Notes: generated by a model not told the origin, from the sequence alone. A DNA stretch of 56,978 nucleotides, filler included, from Sphacelaria rigidula (GCA_964200075.2; 7 parts of 7 records of this genome joined end to end with filler, not necessarily neighbours in it), one strand, 5' to 3'. Counted from the first letter of the whole stretch, positions 34,853 through 48,630 are shown. Numbers and translations: made by a program.

Positions 34853-35702
34853 GTGGGGAATGGTGAACGTTGAGACACTTTTGGCATCTTACGGCTACCA
34901 TTGTGATTGCACTGCACTGGAGTACGTGGGCGCCGGTAAAAAATGGAAACGGAATCAAGGTTCCTGATGGGGTTGTGGGGAGGTGTGTGTGGGGGGGAGG
35001 TGATGTTGTGATGTGAGTCTTGCTTCGTTTCAGTTTCATAGCCCTCGTACGTAACCCTTATCCTGGAAGAAGTTGCAGTTGTTGGTGATGCTGCTGCTGC
35101 TGCTGTTACTTGGCGTATATATGTTTTGTCGTTGTTGGTGTTGATGTTGAAGGACCGAATTGAAACGATACGCGGCGGCAATGAACCCTCCACTAGTCCC
35201 TGTTATGTACCCGTTGCGGTCGGTCTATGCGGTCGTTTTGGAATATGTTCGCTGTCTCGGGCGTATTTTTCTGCTCCTCGTATTCCACCCCTCACTCAAC
35301 CCTAACGCTACCTAACTTTAACCTCGATCCTTAACCATAGCCCTTGGGCAACGGGTAGTCCACCTTTACGTTGACTGATAAAGCTCAGTGTGGTGTGCGC
35401 TGGTACGCGCAGCGATTGTCTAACTGTGATCCGCAGGACGCCTTGCAGTGCAGTGCGCTTTCGCGTACGTGCATGATATGGACCCGTTCTCAGGGAACCT
35501 CAGGCTATCGTGAAACCAAGTTAAAAAAAGGCTGTGTGGGAGATCGGGATGAGGGGAGCATACGTCCGGGACGATAGACATTTCGTGCTGGGATTGATTA
35601 GTTGGCGTGAGTTGGTAATAGTTGCTGTGTAGGGTTATTTCACTTATCTTGGCGTTATTTTGTTGTCGCTACTCGCCGCTTTGCTGTGTTTTCGGTTGTT
35701 AG

Positions 35703-35831
35703 GCGGCATCTTGCGTGGTTGCCTCGGTAACGAAGGACGCCATCGGCTTGGTGACGGTTATGGACGACCAGCGACACAACCTGGTGACGGGGGATGTGGT
35801 CACCTTCAACTCTGTTCAGGGAATGCCTGAG
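35703..35831 (+). CDS. UBA1: Ubiquitin-activating enzyme E1, FCCH-domain exon
   Basis: gttag|..|gtgagt, 129 nt. Encodes AASCVVASVTKDAIGLVTVMDDQRHNLVTGDVVTFNSVQGMPE. Confidence 0.92.
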
Positions 35832-37125
35832 GTGAGTGAAGAATGAGTTTAGACGCAAAACATCCTCAAATCCAACACGAAACCGATGTTTTTATTTTTT
35901 GCAAACCCTGCCGCAACCAGTGGAAGGTGGCTGTGCGTGAAATGCTGTTGTTCACGGCAGTTGTGGCCCCTTTCCGCTTTGTTTTACTCGTTCGAGAAGC
36001 TTATTTTTGTATCGATTCATTCGCCCGGGATGAAACTTGATGGAGCGTCAGCGTCCTGCCGTTCTGCATACATATGATTCCTCCCACAGAAAAAACGAGA
36101 GCAAACAATCGCGCCCGGTACTACAAAAAAATTGAGTATTGTGAGTGGAGAGTGCTTTCTAGACGTTTCTGCCGCTCCACGATTTCGGTCCTCTCCCTAG
36201 ACAACATCCACGAGGATCATGACCTACGAATGACAGGTTGCTAACTACATGGTCTGGGCAGTATCACAGTGGTGACCATCTCAGACACCTTGTGGGGGCT
36301 GATGTGGCATTTGCGCGACTTTTTGTGTAATGGGTTCCCCGGTATGCACGGGGCGTGCCGCGACGTCTTTTTGCTCGAACCGGCGCCTGGATGCCGTTTT
36401 GAGCAACAAACGACGCACACTTCGCGTGGGATAACTCCATGTATCTGTACCCCCTTAGCGCGAGGGTTTAGGGGGTCAAGCTCTGCCCTTGTTGGGGTTG
36501 GAGTTGGGGTTAGCGTCAGGGGGGAGTGGTCGGGTCAATTTGTATGGAGATCCAGAAGGCGTCTGAGATGGTACGGCCTCGGTTTGGTCCCGAAGAAGTA
36601 CGTATTGCTTACGAGGAATGCATCGTATCTGTGTGTGTGTTTTGTCCTTGACCGTGTGAGGAGATGCCCGAAGCGAATAGTCACGTTTCGCGCCTCAAGG
36701 TCCGCGTCCCCCCTTGAAGTCATTTTTTGCAAGCACCGGACATATCCAGCTGCGGTACGGTAAACGGTGTAGAATGCCTACTCATCCTCTTCTCATCTGC
36801 GCTGTACTGTCCTCCCCCACCGTCTTCACTAGATTGTGGATGATGACTCACAGCTTGTTTATTTAAGTTCGTTTTTTGTCCGTTGTCTTGTTTCTTGTAT
36901 CCCGTTCGATGTCCTTCGGCTCGGTTGGTGGAGAGGGTGGTAAGCACGGACGAATTGGAGACAACTTACGTTTTACTATTCTTTTTTTATCCCTCTCGCG
37001 CGCGTGTTTTGCGTTTTTTTATGTTCATCATTGAGAATGTTTTTTCGTAATATAACTGACAGCTTTCTTTTCTCCCGTCTTGTTTTTTCTCCCATCTAAT
37101 CTACTCACTTGTCCTTGGGTGTCAG

Positions 37126-37230
37126 CTGGAAGGACGGGAATTTACTGTGACGGAGAAAGGACCATTCAGCTTCGAGATCGACTGTGATACCTGCTCGTAC
37201 GGAACGTTCGTGTCTGGCTACGTCAACCAG
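37126..37230 (+). CDS. UBA1: Ubiquitin-activating enzyme E1, FCCH-domain exon
   Basis: gtcag|..|gtgtgg, 105 nt. Encodes LEGREFTVTEKGPFSFEIDCDTCSYGTFVSGYVNQ. Confidence 0.88.
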
Positions 37231-37647
37231 GTGTGGTGGTGGGGTACAGGAGCGGTACTCATGTACCTGATTTGCAGTTCCGCCAGTCCCGCAACGGAAA
37301 TTGAACCTTTGAGCGCCTACAGAAGGACAACTGTGAGCGACTATCGTTCCATCGAGCGAAGATAATGACGATTCAACACCCGGACACGAGATATTTCTCG
37401 GAACAGTATTCATCACTAGCTGTCAGACGCCGGTTATCTGAGTGGCGGTTACCACTTACGGTATGTACGTCGTGGTTCCCGTGCAATGTTGTTTAAAAGT
37501 TAATGGCAAGTTTTTCGTTTGTTTTTTTTCCAATATATTCCATTTTTACATCCAGCGGTCGAGTTGGGGTTGATTTTTGAGTGGTGTCGTCGAGCCCTCA
37601 CGTGGATGTAGGTGATGTAGGTGATGACCTCTGAATTGGAGAGGGTG

Positions 37648-37745
37648 GTCAATGTCACTGTCAATGTTACTGTCCCTGTCAATGTCATTGTCAATGCCAT
37701 TGTCAATGTCAATATCAATGTCTACATCAATGCCAATGCCAACGT
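37648..37745. repeat. Degenerate (AATGTC)n hexamer repeat
   Basis: gtcaat/gtcact/gccaat units over about 100 bp, inside an intron. Confidence 0.8.
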
Positions 37746-38439
37746 TGATGATTTTGTCGTTTCTTGCGCGAGTCATCTTCCAGAAAATATTTCTTCGCCC
37801 CCGTAAAGAGGTTCGGTTCTCAGTACAACAAGCTGATTCTAGCAATTTGAAGCCGCTGGTGTGTGAATATTGAAGCAACCGCAGGGTTCGGTCGCGTCCC
37901 CCGGAGTAGAGAACACCCACAAAAACCACGTTGGAAGAGTTTGGTATACCTGTGAAGGGTTGAGCGTCTCGATGTCAAAGGGTCGAGATTTGCCGGTGAC
38001 TGACCACCATCTTTTCAGACTCGATTTTGTCCCTTACCCATATAGCCTCGTTAAGATCTGAAACCGATGGGGTAGTGTATACATGTGTGTATTGTGTGTC
38101 AGTTTTGTTGGTAATACGGAGATGGTACACTCCGGAAAAATCCAAAGCGAGCCTCTGTTTATACTGAAGTTGTTGTTGTTGTTGTTGTTGTTGTCGTATG
38201 CGTTCCGTATCAATTCATCACGCATCGTGTGTGTCCTTTTCTCCTCTTGTCGTCAGCGTATTTCTGTGATTGGATGTGGGCATCGTATTATCTACTAATG
38301 CATGATGTGTGCGAGCTTGTGATTGATTTATCCTTCCGTCTTCTTCTGTTCTGTCGTGTGTGTGTGTTGTGTGTCTGCTTGCGTCTGTGTGCATGCGTGT
38401 TGTTGCTACACCGCCGCTGTACGACGTTGTTGTTGGCAG

Positions 38440-38574
38440 GTTAAAAAGCCTTCAACCTTGTCGTTCATGCGGCTCAGGGACGCCCTTGAGAAGCCGGAAC
38501 CGTTCATGGAGACTGACTTTGCCAAGATCGGACGCCCGGGAGTGTTGCACCAGGCCTTCCGAGGTCTCGAGAAG
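38440..38574 (+). CDS. UBA1: Ubiquitin-activating enzyme E1, four-helix-bundle region exon
   Basis: ggcag|..|gtgcgt, 135 nt. Encodes VKKPSTLSFMRLRDALEKPEPFMETDFAKIGRPGVLHQAFRGLEK. Confidence 0.92.
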
Positions 38575-38701
38575 GTGCGTTGGTGTGTGTGTGTGTGTGT
38601 GTGTGTGTGACCGCGAGTGGGACATGATCGTTTCCCGTTGCCGATTCGTGCGCCTGTGCCTTCCGAGTCTCTCGAACCGTTTTGTGTTTTCTTGGATTGA
38701 T

Positions 38702-39064
38702 GGCCCCAGTGGCTCAGTTGGTGACCTCGAAACCCTCTGACGGTTGGGCCGTGGGTTCAAAACTCGGAGCGATCGGGGATTTTTTTCTCACACGATGCCC
38801 AACAGTGGAGAGTGACTATGTCGTGAGCACACAAAATTCGACTTCACGGTCGACGAGGGAAGGGGAGTGCTGAACTCCTCTCGCGATAAATAATATAAGG
38901 GTAAGCACTGTCAAAGGAAGGTGGGGTACTAAAAACAAATGAAAAGGAAAACAAACTCCTGTGTTGACCTTCCCCCTTTGTGACCCCGGCTGATGCGTCC
39001 ACATATACCGAAATATGTAGCCCGCCGTCCAGAATAGATAGGACGACAACACAAGACACACACC
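38702..39064 (+). mobile_element. tRNA-derived SINE family A, apparently full length, in a UBA1 intron
   Basis: GGCCCCAG head, A box TGGCTCAGTTGG (38710-21), B box GGTTCAAAACT (38754-64), body shared with 18720-18930, CA-rich tail. Confidence 0.78.
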
Positions 39065-39512
39065 GAAGTCAAGCACAGAAACAAGGAGAATATTGCAGGA
39101 AGGGGAACGCCAAGAAATATTTACGGGTGTGAAGGGGACGTGCCGGCAACGTTACTGAGTTGTTTTTTTTCTTCGTTCATTGTTTTTCTTGGTTTTCTTA
39201 TTTTCCCCCTCTGTGTTTTTTCTTCTCTTTGTTGTCTATTCGAGTTTTTGCTTCTCATTGTGTGTTCACGTTGGCTGGATTGATTCATGACGACTCAGTC
39301 ACTACCATGTCAAACAGTCGAGAGCATAGTGATGTGATGTTCGTGTGGTGTGCGCTTGTGTGTTGTCATGACTCTGGCACTCGAGTGTGTCTTGACTCGA
39401 CTGTCGCATAACCTTCGCCGAATACTGAAACCATACGTATGGCTCACCATGATCTCTCACAGACCCTATGTTTTGTCTTTGGCATTCGTTTTATATCGAT
39501 CAAAACGTCCAG

Positions 39513-39641
39513 TTCCGCGAAGAGAAGGGTTCATTACCGGAGCCGGGTGACATGGAGCACGCCGAGGCGGTTTATGCCGCAAGCTTGGGTGTCAACGGGG
39601 AGAACGGAGGTTTTAAGGCGGAGGGCTTGGAAGACAGCAAG
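39513..39641 (+). CDS. UBA1: Ubiquitin-activating enzyme E1, internal exon
   Basis: tccag|..|gtgagg, 129 nt. Encodes FREEKGSLPEPGDMEHAEAVYAASLGVNG... Confidence 0.85.
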
Positions 39642-39682
39642 GTGAGGTTTGACCCGAGCCTACGCGAGATGTGCAGTAGATG

Positions 39683-39718
<36 letters not shown>

Positions 39719-40671
39719 TTCCCCCCCCCCCACCCCACACCCAACCAACGCCCCCACGAACNNNNNNNNNNGTGGGGGGGGGGGGGGTGGGGAGAAGGGA
39801 GAGGGGGGGTGCGCCCCGACCCCACCCGGGGTGCGACGGAGACCCCCCCCCCCCCCCCCCCCCCATCTCTCCTTCCTGGTGGAAGCAAACAACACCATAA
39901 GCAGCCGAAAAGCTTGGTGTTGCCGATCCGAACGGCTCAACATTCTGACTGCACGGATAAATACTAATACATGACGCCCGCCAGCGTGGTGAGCGTCCTC
40001 CGTTGATCAGTTCCATATGTGCGTACGGGATGTATACACGTGTTTGATGGTGCTCGGGGTTCGAAGCAAGCAGCCCAAGGTCAAAATCTGCAGTAGGCGG
40101 TTCTGCTCTGGTGCGGTTTACTTTTAGAGCAGTCGTGGACTGTATGTAGTGGTGTTGAGAAATATCAATATTAAAGTTTGTTTCGTTTTCCGGCAGCGCC
40201 AGGGTGCACATGGAATTCAGAATCCTGTCCTTCACTCGTGTGTCACAACTGTTCGTTCTTGATGCCGGTAACCCCCGTCTCAATGCCTGCAGATTTTCTT
40301 ATTCCGAGTGATTTTTATAAAGATGTGACTTTCGACTTTGTGTATCGCACTCCGGTCGTTGAGCTCCTACTTTTATAGTGTTCTTACCCTCTTTTCCTAC
40401 TTTGATGAGGAGGTGTTGTCTGTCCTGTTTTCACTTCCGTTTACAAAAGTTCGTTTTTGGCGTATGGTATTTGCTAGGGTGTGATCCTTGAACTGTCGCC
40501 TGCACGTTTCCTCTTACTCCCACTCGTTTTTTGTTCTGTTTTTCAGTGATGATTGTGCACGTTAATACTCGTGTGTGTGTGTATGTGTCCAGTGGCGATA
40601 CCAAAAAGTGAAGCAACTCATGGTTGGCTGTCATCCAAATGCAAGATAGTCAGCAGGCTTTGGGCCGAACA

Positions 40672-40771
40672 NNNNNNNNNNNNNNNNNNNNNNNNNNNNN
40701 NNNNNNNNNNNNNNNTTAATTAATTAANNNNNNNNNNNNNNNNNNNNNNNNNNNNNNNNNNNNNNNNNNNN
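40672..40771. other. Artificial contig linker
   Basis: N44-TTAATTAATTAA-N44. Confidence 0.99.
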
Positions 40772-40944
40772 CTGATAATCTTGCATTTGGATGACAGCCT
40801 ACCATGAGTTGCTTTATTTTCTGGTATTGCCACTTCCAGAGACAGCCACGGCTTTTGCACTGCCTCATGGGTGTCTCACCATGTGGGGGGGATTGATCAA
40901 GACCAGCTTCCCATATTGCATACATGAAAATCATCCGCTCTCAC

Positions 40945-41046
40945 CTTCCCGGCGGTGTGCGGGGGCGGCCTGTTGATGATTGTTGGGGTCCCGACGATCA
41001 CCAACAAGCACACGTAAATAATTCCGCCAACCAATGGAGGCGCCAT
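40945..41046 (-). CDS. Candidate first coding exon with signal peptide or signal anchor
   Basis: ttcaacag|caccgtcATGGCG...AAG|gtgaga. Encodes MAPPLVGGIIYVCLLVIVGTPTIINRPPPHTAGK. Confidence 0.4.
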
Positions 41047-43118
41047 GACGGTGCTGTTGAACAGACAGCAGCACGTGGGCCAGGAGACAGGGGCCGGGCA
41101 CATGTCAGCATCAATTTTCAGGAAGTGAAACTGCTCTCGCTTCAACCTCATTCCGTGTCTGGTTCAAACATGCTTATCCTGCTTACGGTCATCAATCGAC
41201 GACGCTTTCAGTCGTGCTGCACTCCTTCTTTAATCTCAACGGTGTTTTTTGCACGCCTCTGTACACCCAAGAAATGTGACCGCCTCGCGTGGTGCCCTCC
41301 GCTCCCTCCCCCCCCCCCTCCCCCAGTATTAATGGGTTTCGGATTTATTTCAGTCCATACAGGACCTGGTGTGGTTCGGCAACGTACCTCGATTAGGACC
41401 ATCTGTTGCCGGTGCGCCGGTCAAATGTTTGTGGTGAGCAATAGAGTGCCTTATGATATTCATTCTTAGAGCACTACCTCTCGACTCGAGTGCGAGGAAA
41501 GGTTCAAGTCTTGCGGTAACGCATACCAGCACTCTTCCCTCACGCACGAAACCTTCACGCCTACGGCAGTCATTCTCCGGGATTACATTAGTCTCATTAC
41601 ACAATAATATATGATTAACGGGAAGGTCGAGGGTGAGAGGACACAGCCTCATCCCACTGTGCACAAACATGATTTTAATACTGGAGTTGTCTTACCCTGT
41701 CTAAAAAGAGTGACTCCTACCTGTGCTCTGTTACACCACCCTCAAACGACTGCTTTCGAGCGAGCGTGAGGGCATTGTCAGTGTTCTGACCTCCGTTTCA
41801 AAGATTTTTGTCGATGATCCTGCGATCCGGTGAGGTAAATACCATCTATTCTTGAGATTCAACATATGTCCATGTTTTTGTTGTATTTCATTTCTTTTGC
41901 ACTCGGTTCTGCACATACGATGATTGTTCACAGTATTGTATTCTTCGACACTTGGTTCTATACATATGCCCACGAATTCCGTTTGGTAGTTGTGTGGATA
42001 CTAAAACATGGAGGGAAAGCGTGCCCACACGTACAAGTCGAGGACTCATCATATTTTCGCATTAGCGATACCATAGCGTGACTCTGTATGCTCCATGAGC
42101 GGAAGACCCCGAGTTTAAATTATGCTCCTTACCAACGCGACGAAGTGAGAGATACCTCAAAATTCAGCGAGCGGCAAATAGTCATGAAATTGCTGAGGGA
42201 AAAGATAAACTAACAGATAACTAGCAAGCACAGTTCACACAACCACGGACGAGTTTTCTCCGGAGGTTGTTGGCTTGGCTACCCAACACACGTAAGAGAC
42301 ATGAAAAAAACGTGAACAAATATTTTCACCGATACCCTGCGGGGAGAAAATCTCTTCAACGCCTTACCGCCAAGCAACGCCCGACGTTAATCAATAAGGA
42401 AGAACACGGTGTGGATACTACCATGTAGAAGGGACAACTTTCCACAGGCAAGCGTCCGTCGAGGCCTCGTCACCCTTCCACACATATTTCTCTTCACGTG
42501 TCGATGGATGTTTATTGAACTTCTCTACATCTGACTCTTTACAGGTGTAAAGGAATACACGTCATATGTTTCGACGCTTGCTTCTTTGCAAGTGTCGAGA
42601 ACGATCTTCCGGCTCTTTGTGAACGTCGACAAAATACTCAAGCTTGCCCCGGTATATTTCACAAGGCCCACTTTGGCATTCGTTTTTTTCTTGCTATATT
42701 GTTTCATCCGTAAAATATGTTCTTGATTCCTTAGATTTCGGTCAAAACAGGGAAAGCAGAGAGGTGTTGCGGACACAATTCGAACCGTGATAAGGGTTTC
42801 CTCCAAAAACAAGACTAACTCAATGGATCAAAACTTTTCACCGCTTGAAGACTCGGACAGAGGACCAGGTACCGCGGTTAAGGTACAGCGGTAGTTCTGG
42901 GCTTCCATCAGTCCTGACCCGCGACCTACAGGGAAATCTCGAGAAACAAGGCCATTGTGCAAGTTCTACTCGCAAAACCTCTCTGTTACTTCCTTCTACC
43001 AAAAACATACTTATCAAAGAAACGACTTTGTGAACGTAATACCGCACGAAACAAGAAGAAAAAACATTTCCCGGAAGTGAGCCTTTGGCATTTTTACGCA
43101 AATGAAGCTGTGCGCACA

Positions 43119-43158
<40 letters not shown>

Positions 43159-43330
43159 CGGAGCAGCAACAGTAGTCGCAGTAGTAACAGTAGTAATAAT
43201 TATCATGTTTTCAGTACTATTATTATCATTAGTATTGTTGTTGTTGTTGTTGATGGTGTTGGTGTTGGTATTGGTGTTGTTGTTATAATTACTATCACTA
43301 CCATTACTATGACTTTCACCATTATTTCTC
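43119..43330. repeat. Compound (GTA)n / (TTG)n / (ACT)n simple-repeat region
   Basis: About 13 perfect GTA units followed by degenerate trinucleotide runs. Confidence 0.9.
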
Positions 43331-46300
43331 CGTATTAGCCCTATCTCTCAAACCCGTGGTCACAGACGTAGGCTCGTCTTTGAAGTAACACCCTTGTTAT
43401 TCCTTACGAGATAAAAGGTTTTCATTGTTTCTGCCGAGACTCCAGATAAAAAATATACACAACAAAGTAAAATCAAATGAAAGCTAAAAATAAGGCGTCA
43501 AGAAACAGAAGAGAAATGGATCCCCTGCGTTTATCGGGTTGAGGTAGAAGCAAAATCCTCAGATCTGCCAACAATAAAGTATACAGAAGAAAGAGGGAAA
43601 GAAAGCAGAAGACATATTTTTTTCAGGAGGCATTAGAATGGTCACTATGGACTGACTTTCAAATTTCAATATATCCCTAAACATATTGATGGTGGGCCTC
43701 GAGAAACGCTCGGAGCGTGGGGTCATGCGTACATCGGATTTGCCCGGTGCGTAATCCTTTCACCTGAAAATAGAGCAAATCAGATTTGAAAGCAAGTACG
43801 TACAACCTTGTCACATAAAAAAACACGAGAACGATATATTTTCCTGTCAAATCTACTGACAGGCTCGCAACTGCGGTTTTTTTTGCGGTGGTCTTTGACC
43901 CAACATTTATGCGGTGGTGCGAGAATGGCTGGACAACAAAACACAAAAGCTACACACCAACCTCGGAAAAAACACGCACAGACAACCGCCACACAGACGT
44001 ACCATAGCTGCATCACTGGCCCTTGCTCATCTGCGCGCAGCAGTCTTCGTTGCACGGAACTAAGTGATTTCGTCACTTGAAAATAAACAGAGACAAGTTT
44101 CAAATCCAGTGCGCACACATGTTTTCAAAACATGTGTTTTTCCATTGACTAGTTGTAGCTCAGATCTACAGCTAGGTTTACAGATCAGATGGAGAGGTTT
44201 TTGCATTTGTTGGCCAAACACACTTGCGCTGTAGCAAGAACTATTCGCTTGAAAATAAACTGGTACTCGAAGTTTGTTTTAGTCCAATCTGCAGACAGGT
44301 TCGGCGATGCGGTGGTCCGTGCAATGGTCGTTGGGGTGGGCCTTACGCGAGTTGGTTGAATCCTCATTATTTGCACGAATCGGATTTTTCGGATCTCAAT
44401 ACTAACCCCAACCCTGATCCTTATCCACGGCATACCGAAAGCCCCCGGCCAAGGGTTTGCGTGCGGTATCCTGGACAAAGTGTACGTTGGCAGAGCTAAA
44501 TCGGCGCCTCTAGACATACGCCGATTTGACCAAGAACGCGTGCTGCGCACTCTGCAAGCACCTGGACTTGTCAGACTTCTACAGACCTGAATCTGACGGC
44601 ACTATCAAAAGGTGAAGCAGGTTTCAATCATGAAAAAATGACGACTAACTCGCGTCAAGTGTTTGTGGTCGTTAATGCAACATCTTTGAGATGGTGCAGG
44701 AAGAACGCGGCAAGGAAATGGATCACATATAACGCTGACTTCACAAAAACATGCACAGGCACTCGCCATGGTACCACGTTCCTCTCTTTTAATCCCCAAA
44801 CCCTCCCTACTCAACTCAGCTGAGGAGCCTTGGATGAGAATTTCATTTTCAACCTTCGGACACTCTTGATTATATTCTGCTACCCCGCGCAAGCCGGAGG
44901 AGGCGTCAGCCACCTCGGGCGTAGCCACCTTGTGAGTCTGTGCAAAATATCAACGCTTCCACACTTGATTCCACCATTCTCTTCAATTGACCACACGTTG
45001 TTTTACATATTCTCTCAAGTTGACTTCCCGCGAAGGCTGAGGCTTGGTTCAAAGATACTTACTCTCATTCATCGATGATCACAGGGGGCGCTCTAGCGTT
45101 TTCCGCTGTCAGCTTGTCTTATACACAAAACGAAGAGGAACGCTAGGAAATATTCCCGATTTGAAAGAGAGGGGGTATGTGATATGCCCGAGTGCCCTGT
45201 TCCTCGCGCCTACACCTGGTAGGGGTCCTTGTACTACCAGAGGACGTGCAGTTCACGAAAGAGGATTTGATGTACAACACCGTCATCGGTCGTCGGGATC
45301 ACTGTGAGTCGCCGCGGGATCCGCTAACCAGTTAGCGCTCACGATTGTTTCAGATGTCGAGTAGCATATATAATATGATGAAGAGAAACCAATCCTGGTT
45401 GAAATTGAAGCACGTGAGCAAACATGTGGTCTCCACCACCCAAATAGGCTGTTGGTCTCAAAACGTGCACGAATGTCAACTACAACTACTCTGTACATGT
45501 CCGGTGTTGACCCCGATCACATGTTTTTACAACTGTATTGAGCGCCGCCATTATGTCTCCCCTCTTGTCTGTCTACACGGCAACAGTCTTGTCTGCCCAG
45601 AGTACGCTTCACATTGTAGGTACACACCTCACGGCGAGTTCAAGCAGAGAGAGCGATCCACCTTCTCTCGTCCGCTGGAAAAGTGTGGAGCGCTGTTGTG
45701 ATACACCTAGCCTGAGTCGATGTTGATGGATGTTCAGATGCCTGTAGTCTCTACAAATGTGGGTCTTGTTGTTCCCAACTTGACCGGGGACTGTTTGTGG
45801 GGGAATCGATGGCGGGTTTGTGGGAGAAGGTATTCAAGTCAACTCAACTTTTTATCCCGCACTTACACCGTAGCAGGCGTTTCTGCCAGAGCGATGACGC
45901 ACCACTGACTTCCCCCGTGGTTTTCGTCGATATTCGCTAATCTCTTTGATCCATCAAATTTCAACGCTCATTGTCACCTTTCTCAGGTCTGACAATGCAG
46001 CGACGTTTCTTTTTGGCCGTTCGAAGTGATGGCGACTGCGTCGGCCAGCCATGTTGAGCATAAATATATCCATTCAATCAAGTCTACCACTCAATGGTTG
46101 CCCCTACTGGGCGAGCTTTTCATTTCGTCGAGCAGCCCGTACATTTTTTTATTATCCTTATTATAACTACAGCCTTGTGCGTATCCGGCGCAATGTACAG
46201 TATAATCATTGGCAGCCCACTACGTAAGCACCGATATGATATTAATACACAGGAAAAGCTAAGCGTAGAGGGACGTCAGGCACACACGGTGAACAGCTAT

Positions 46301-47122
46301 GCAGATATGTCGTGGTGAATTTGGTGGGTGATACCACAACGCCAGGCTTGGGCGTTGTGTGGATATTTGGGGACCCGTCGTTTATCGGAACCAGCTTCGT
46401 AGAGGGCGGAAAAACACACGCCCGAAATGTGCTGCTGCTTTGTTGTGTAAATGTAGCCTATATCTTTTTCTGGTCCCCCCCTCGTTCTGCACTGCAATCA
46501 ATATCATTTGTGCGCGCTTTCGATTGATAAGATGATGGGTTTTGATATCCCCACAGCGGCTCAACTGATTCCGCTTCGTGTAGACTTTACAATCGCTGCC
46601 GTCATCTTCCAATTCAGAGTATATGAACTTCGAGTCGTTTGGGGGGCAACTCATGGCATGGATTGCAAACGAGAAATGTACGGGAGAAGAGAGAAAAACA
46701 AAGGAAAGAACACTTTAACCGAATGTATATAAGAATCCACCCCCGACACATACGTACATGCGCATGGTATTTAGCATGTAGTTGATTACGCACGCTATTA
46801 TTATTACTGTTTCCCACCAACCCTCCTCGTCGTTTTTAGCCACGCCCTACTCTCATCATCGATTATTATGTGTTGTGTGGTGTTCCCTCATTCTCCGCTT
46901 TATGCATTGTTTCTGTATTCTGCCCCGCCCATCCCCTATGATGTGGCTTCTGTGTTTGATCATTTCCTCCTTCTTGTTTTTGGAAGCATCTGCGTCTACC
47001 ATGCATGCGTATCAGTAGAGACACGAATATAAATTCCCAAACACCATCGTTTTTGTTGTTCGAAGTTTGGTTCATTTTTTTGACGTCGTTGGTGGTAACG
47101 TTCTGCCTTTCTCTACTGACTG

Positions 47123-47163
<41 letters not shown>
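47123..47163. repeat. (TTG)n microsatellite
   Basis: About 13 perfect units. Confidence 0.95.
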
Positions 47164-48479
47164 CTTCACATTAAAAGCCGTTCCGATATCTGCGNNNNNN
47201 NNNNAACTCACAAAACGCGATACAAGCAAACAGAAATAAAGAAGAAAGAAAGAAGAAAGGGAGTACATACTGCCAACCGATACTGTAGGTAAAGCAACGT
47301 TCTCGCTGTTGTGGTTGGATTATTCGCAAAACTTTAATGTTTGTTTTTCTTCAATATTGGATTTCATGCAGCGTGAGAGAGTAGCAACAACAGCTTCCCA
47401 TTGCAGCTACGTCTTCTAGCCAGTGGAGTGATTTTTACCGTTTTCTATGTGCGTGGTATACACGGTAATCCCTTATCTCCTACATCCCGACCGCGGGTCT
47501 GAATATCACGAGGAGGGCTGAATCGATAGCCCAAAGCACGAAACTCTCGCTGGGTAGAGCAGTCTGTGCACAGCACGCATCATCGCCCAGCCAATACTAC
47601 GGTGCATAGACAGCTGGGCACTTGTGAAGCAAGTATGACAGACAAGGTGCCGGAATTGGATCGATATTCTCATCTGAGGGCCACTATGGTTAGTGCTACT
47701 TCTGTCTGTCTGTCTGTCTGTCTTTATTCCTGGGTATCCTTAGCATATTCAAATGACATGTTCTAAATTGTACAGCAATCGTGACAGGTACACGACGGGA
47801 CGTCAACACCTCGGGTATTGATGCTTTCATATCTCCATTTCTGCAGAGCTATGCTTGGCGCTCCACCGAAATTGGTTCTACTGGAGAGAATTCATCGGTG
47901 TCTTCGGGATGGGGATATCTGGGGATGGATTGGTCTGTTTTCTCCGAGAAAATCCTGCCTGAAACTCTTGTTGTCACCCGAGGAGGTGTTATCCACCGTC
48001 ACCAGTTTGGTGTGTCTGGTGGTACAACAGCCACATGGGGTAGGCTGATGAAGGACTAGCCTGCAGATGTGTGGGCTTGAACCCAACCCCTCGGCATGGT
48101 AACTTTATTTCAAAACGTAGAGTATGATATACCATGCACCGTGATGTATGCAATGCAATGTAATGTACTGTCTGTGTTTCACCAAAATCTGAACCCGAGG
48201 TAATTTCAAATGGCGCGCCCCTTGATTGGAGGGTTTCAAATGGAGACAGCACACTATAGGCATGTTGCGGAGACCCCGTCGGCTGCTGCTCGTGCACAGC
48301 AGCAGTGAGATTGAGAGTTGCATGTGCTGCAGCTTCTCCAGAAGTTGCATCGCTACAAGCATTGCGCGGTCGGCGCATACTTCAAGCGGCTTGCGGCCAA
48401 CATCTGGCACTGTCAACGCGAAATCTATTTAATTCACGTACCTGGTGCATTCGTATTTTTTCTCATCATTTGTTCATGT

Positions 48480-48630
48480 GTCGCACTTTGAACCCGTCCC
48501 CTTCCTCGGGACGAGTCCGTGGTCTCAGGGATTCAACTCGTCTCTCCCCGGTATACACGTGGTATTTTAGTCTCGCGGATTGAGTCAGCTCTCCCGCACC
48601 GCCTTAACTCCTGTCAAACAAACTCAGTCT
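48480..48630 (-). mobile_element. 3' part of SINE family B
   Basis: gtcgcactttgaaccc.tccccttcctcgggacgagtccgtggtctca.gg is nearly identical to 30948-31000. Confidence 0.75.

Noticed and set aside
549-39641. Apparent cluster of HDAC, E3-like, EsV-1-7 and E1 genes as a ubiquitin/chromatin system
   Set aside because: Each gene is on a separate contig; they are adjacent only because the contigs have similar lengths.
42545-42651. Possible plus-strand exon (ctgac...tacag|...|gtatat), and another at about 47848-48040
   Set aside because: Splice-like signals, but two frames are open and there is no recognisable product or partner exon.
48330-48440. LRGRRILQAACGQHLALS resembling an RCC1 repeat
   Set aside because: Single imperfect match, other frames are equally open, and there are no supporting exons.
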